From positions 4,836,001 through 4,900,000 of the forward strand of contig OX597820.1 in the NCBI GenBank assembly GCA_951406725.2: a stretch of 64,000 bases of DNA, given 5' to 3'. The translations under genes were made by a program, and so were the position numbers. This document shows, in pieces, positions 63,351 through 64,000 of this stretch. This DNA comes from Octopus vulgaris. Lineage: Eukaryota. Within the stretch, counting starts at the first letter, position 1, and every line of letters starts with the position of its first letter. The notes beneath the pieces were generated by a model. The model worked only from the letters and a program-made list of their open reading frames with translations, was not told the DNA's origin and searched no databases.

Positions 63351-63761
63351 CATAGACTATAGTACAGTCGGTTGTTTTGTTAACCATGTCTATGGAATAC
63401 ACAACCACTAATACTAATTCAAACAGCAGTAAGTGCAGTACTGAAATACTCCTCGTCGAAACCAACGGAGATCCATTTCTTTTCGTTATTTGTCATTGTC
63501 ATTCCGAGGTTTTTCTGAGAACAGTCAGGTATGACTTTCCTATTAATGAACCGAATATCTTTCATCTGGTGACCCCTATTCGAGGATAATTCCGTCGACC
63601 ATTTTTCTGAATTTCGAGATGCAGATTTACTCACTGGATGCAAGGCTGCCAAAAACAGGGGCGATTGTGACATTCACAGTTCGAATCGACGTTGTGCCAG
63701 CGTTTCTGGCTTTATGCAAACAAGGATAATACGACTGCTGATGGTTGCTCGTTATTTTCAG

Positions 63762-63808
63762 GTTTTTAACGCCAGAGGCCCGGACCCCATCGAGCTGCCT
63801 AAATATAG
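63762..63808 (+). CDS. Speculative 47-nt exon (VFNARGPDPIELPKY or FLTPEARTPSSCLNI)
   Basis: Acceptor ttattttcag| and donor AG|gtaaac around a GC-richer unique stretch; no homology recognised. Confidence 0.2.
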
Positions 63809-64000
63809 GTAAACATTGTGGAGCAGGGGCATTAATTTATTGGGCGTAGCGTTCCAAGAACATAAAGGGACACAGCATGAATAGCATTGGGTTTTCTCGA
63901 TGGTATAAACATAAACACTGGACTCACAAATATATATCTTTGGAAGGGGTTTCATTGACCACGAAGGGAAGAAATAAGTCTACTACAGGCATAAGCCCTG

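Overview
This is an AT-rich, microsatellite-dense animal genomic window, almost certainly intronic or intergenic. The SINE families and repeat landscape suggest an octopus (inference from recalled octopus SINE sequences, not a database search). No complete host gene is visible; there are only three weak candidate exons. Almost all recognisable sequence is transposon-derived: about 30 SINE copies built from at least four tRNA-like heads and several interchangeable tails, non-LTR retrotransposon remnants (CR1, RTE, Penelope GIY-YIG, APE-bearing LINE, Tx1), Tc1/mariner, pogo/Tigger and hAT relics, MITEs, non-autonomous Helitrons and two long foldback palindromes. The best lead is a possible Tx1-SINE system. 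A young, internally deleted Tx1-clade element (27703-30234) sits in the tRNA-like head of a SINE with a 10-bp TSD. Its 3' UTR, and that of a second Tx1 remnant, share sequence with the 3' tail of another SINE subfamily, and that subfamily is itself found joined to SINE heads. The second lead is two hammerhead-ribozyme folds missed by the ORF track (2244-2284, minimal with a U3-A8 core swap; 21097-21160), plus a Penelope endonuclease remnant. Most ORFs in the supplied track are microsatellite or antisense artefacts. Coordinates were counted by hand, and SINE boundaries are approximate.
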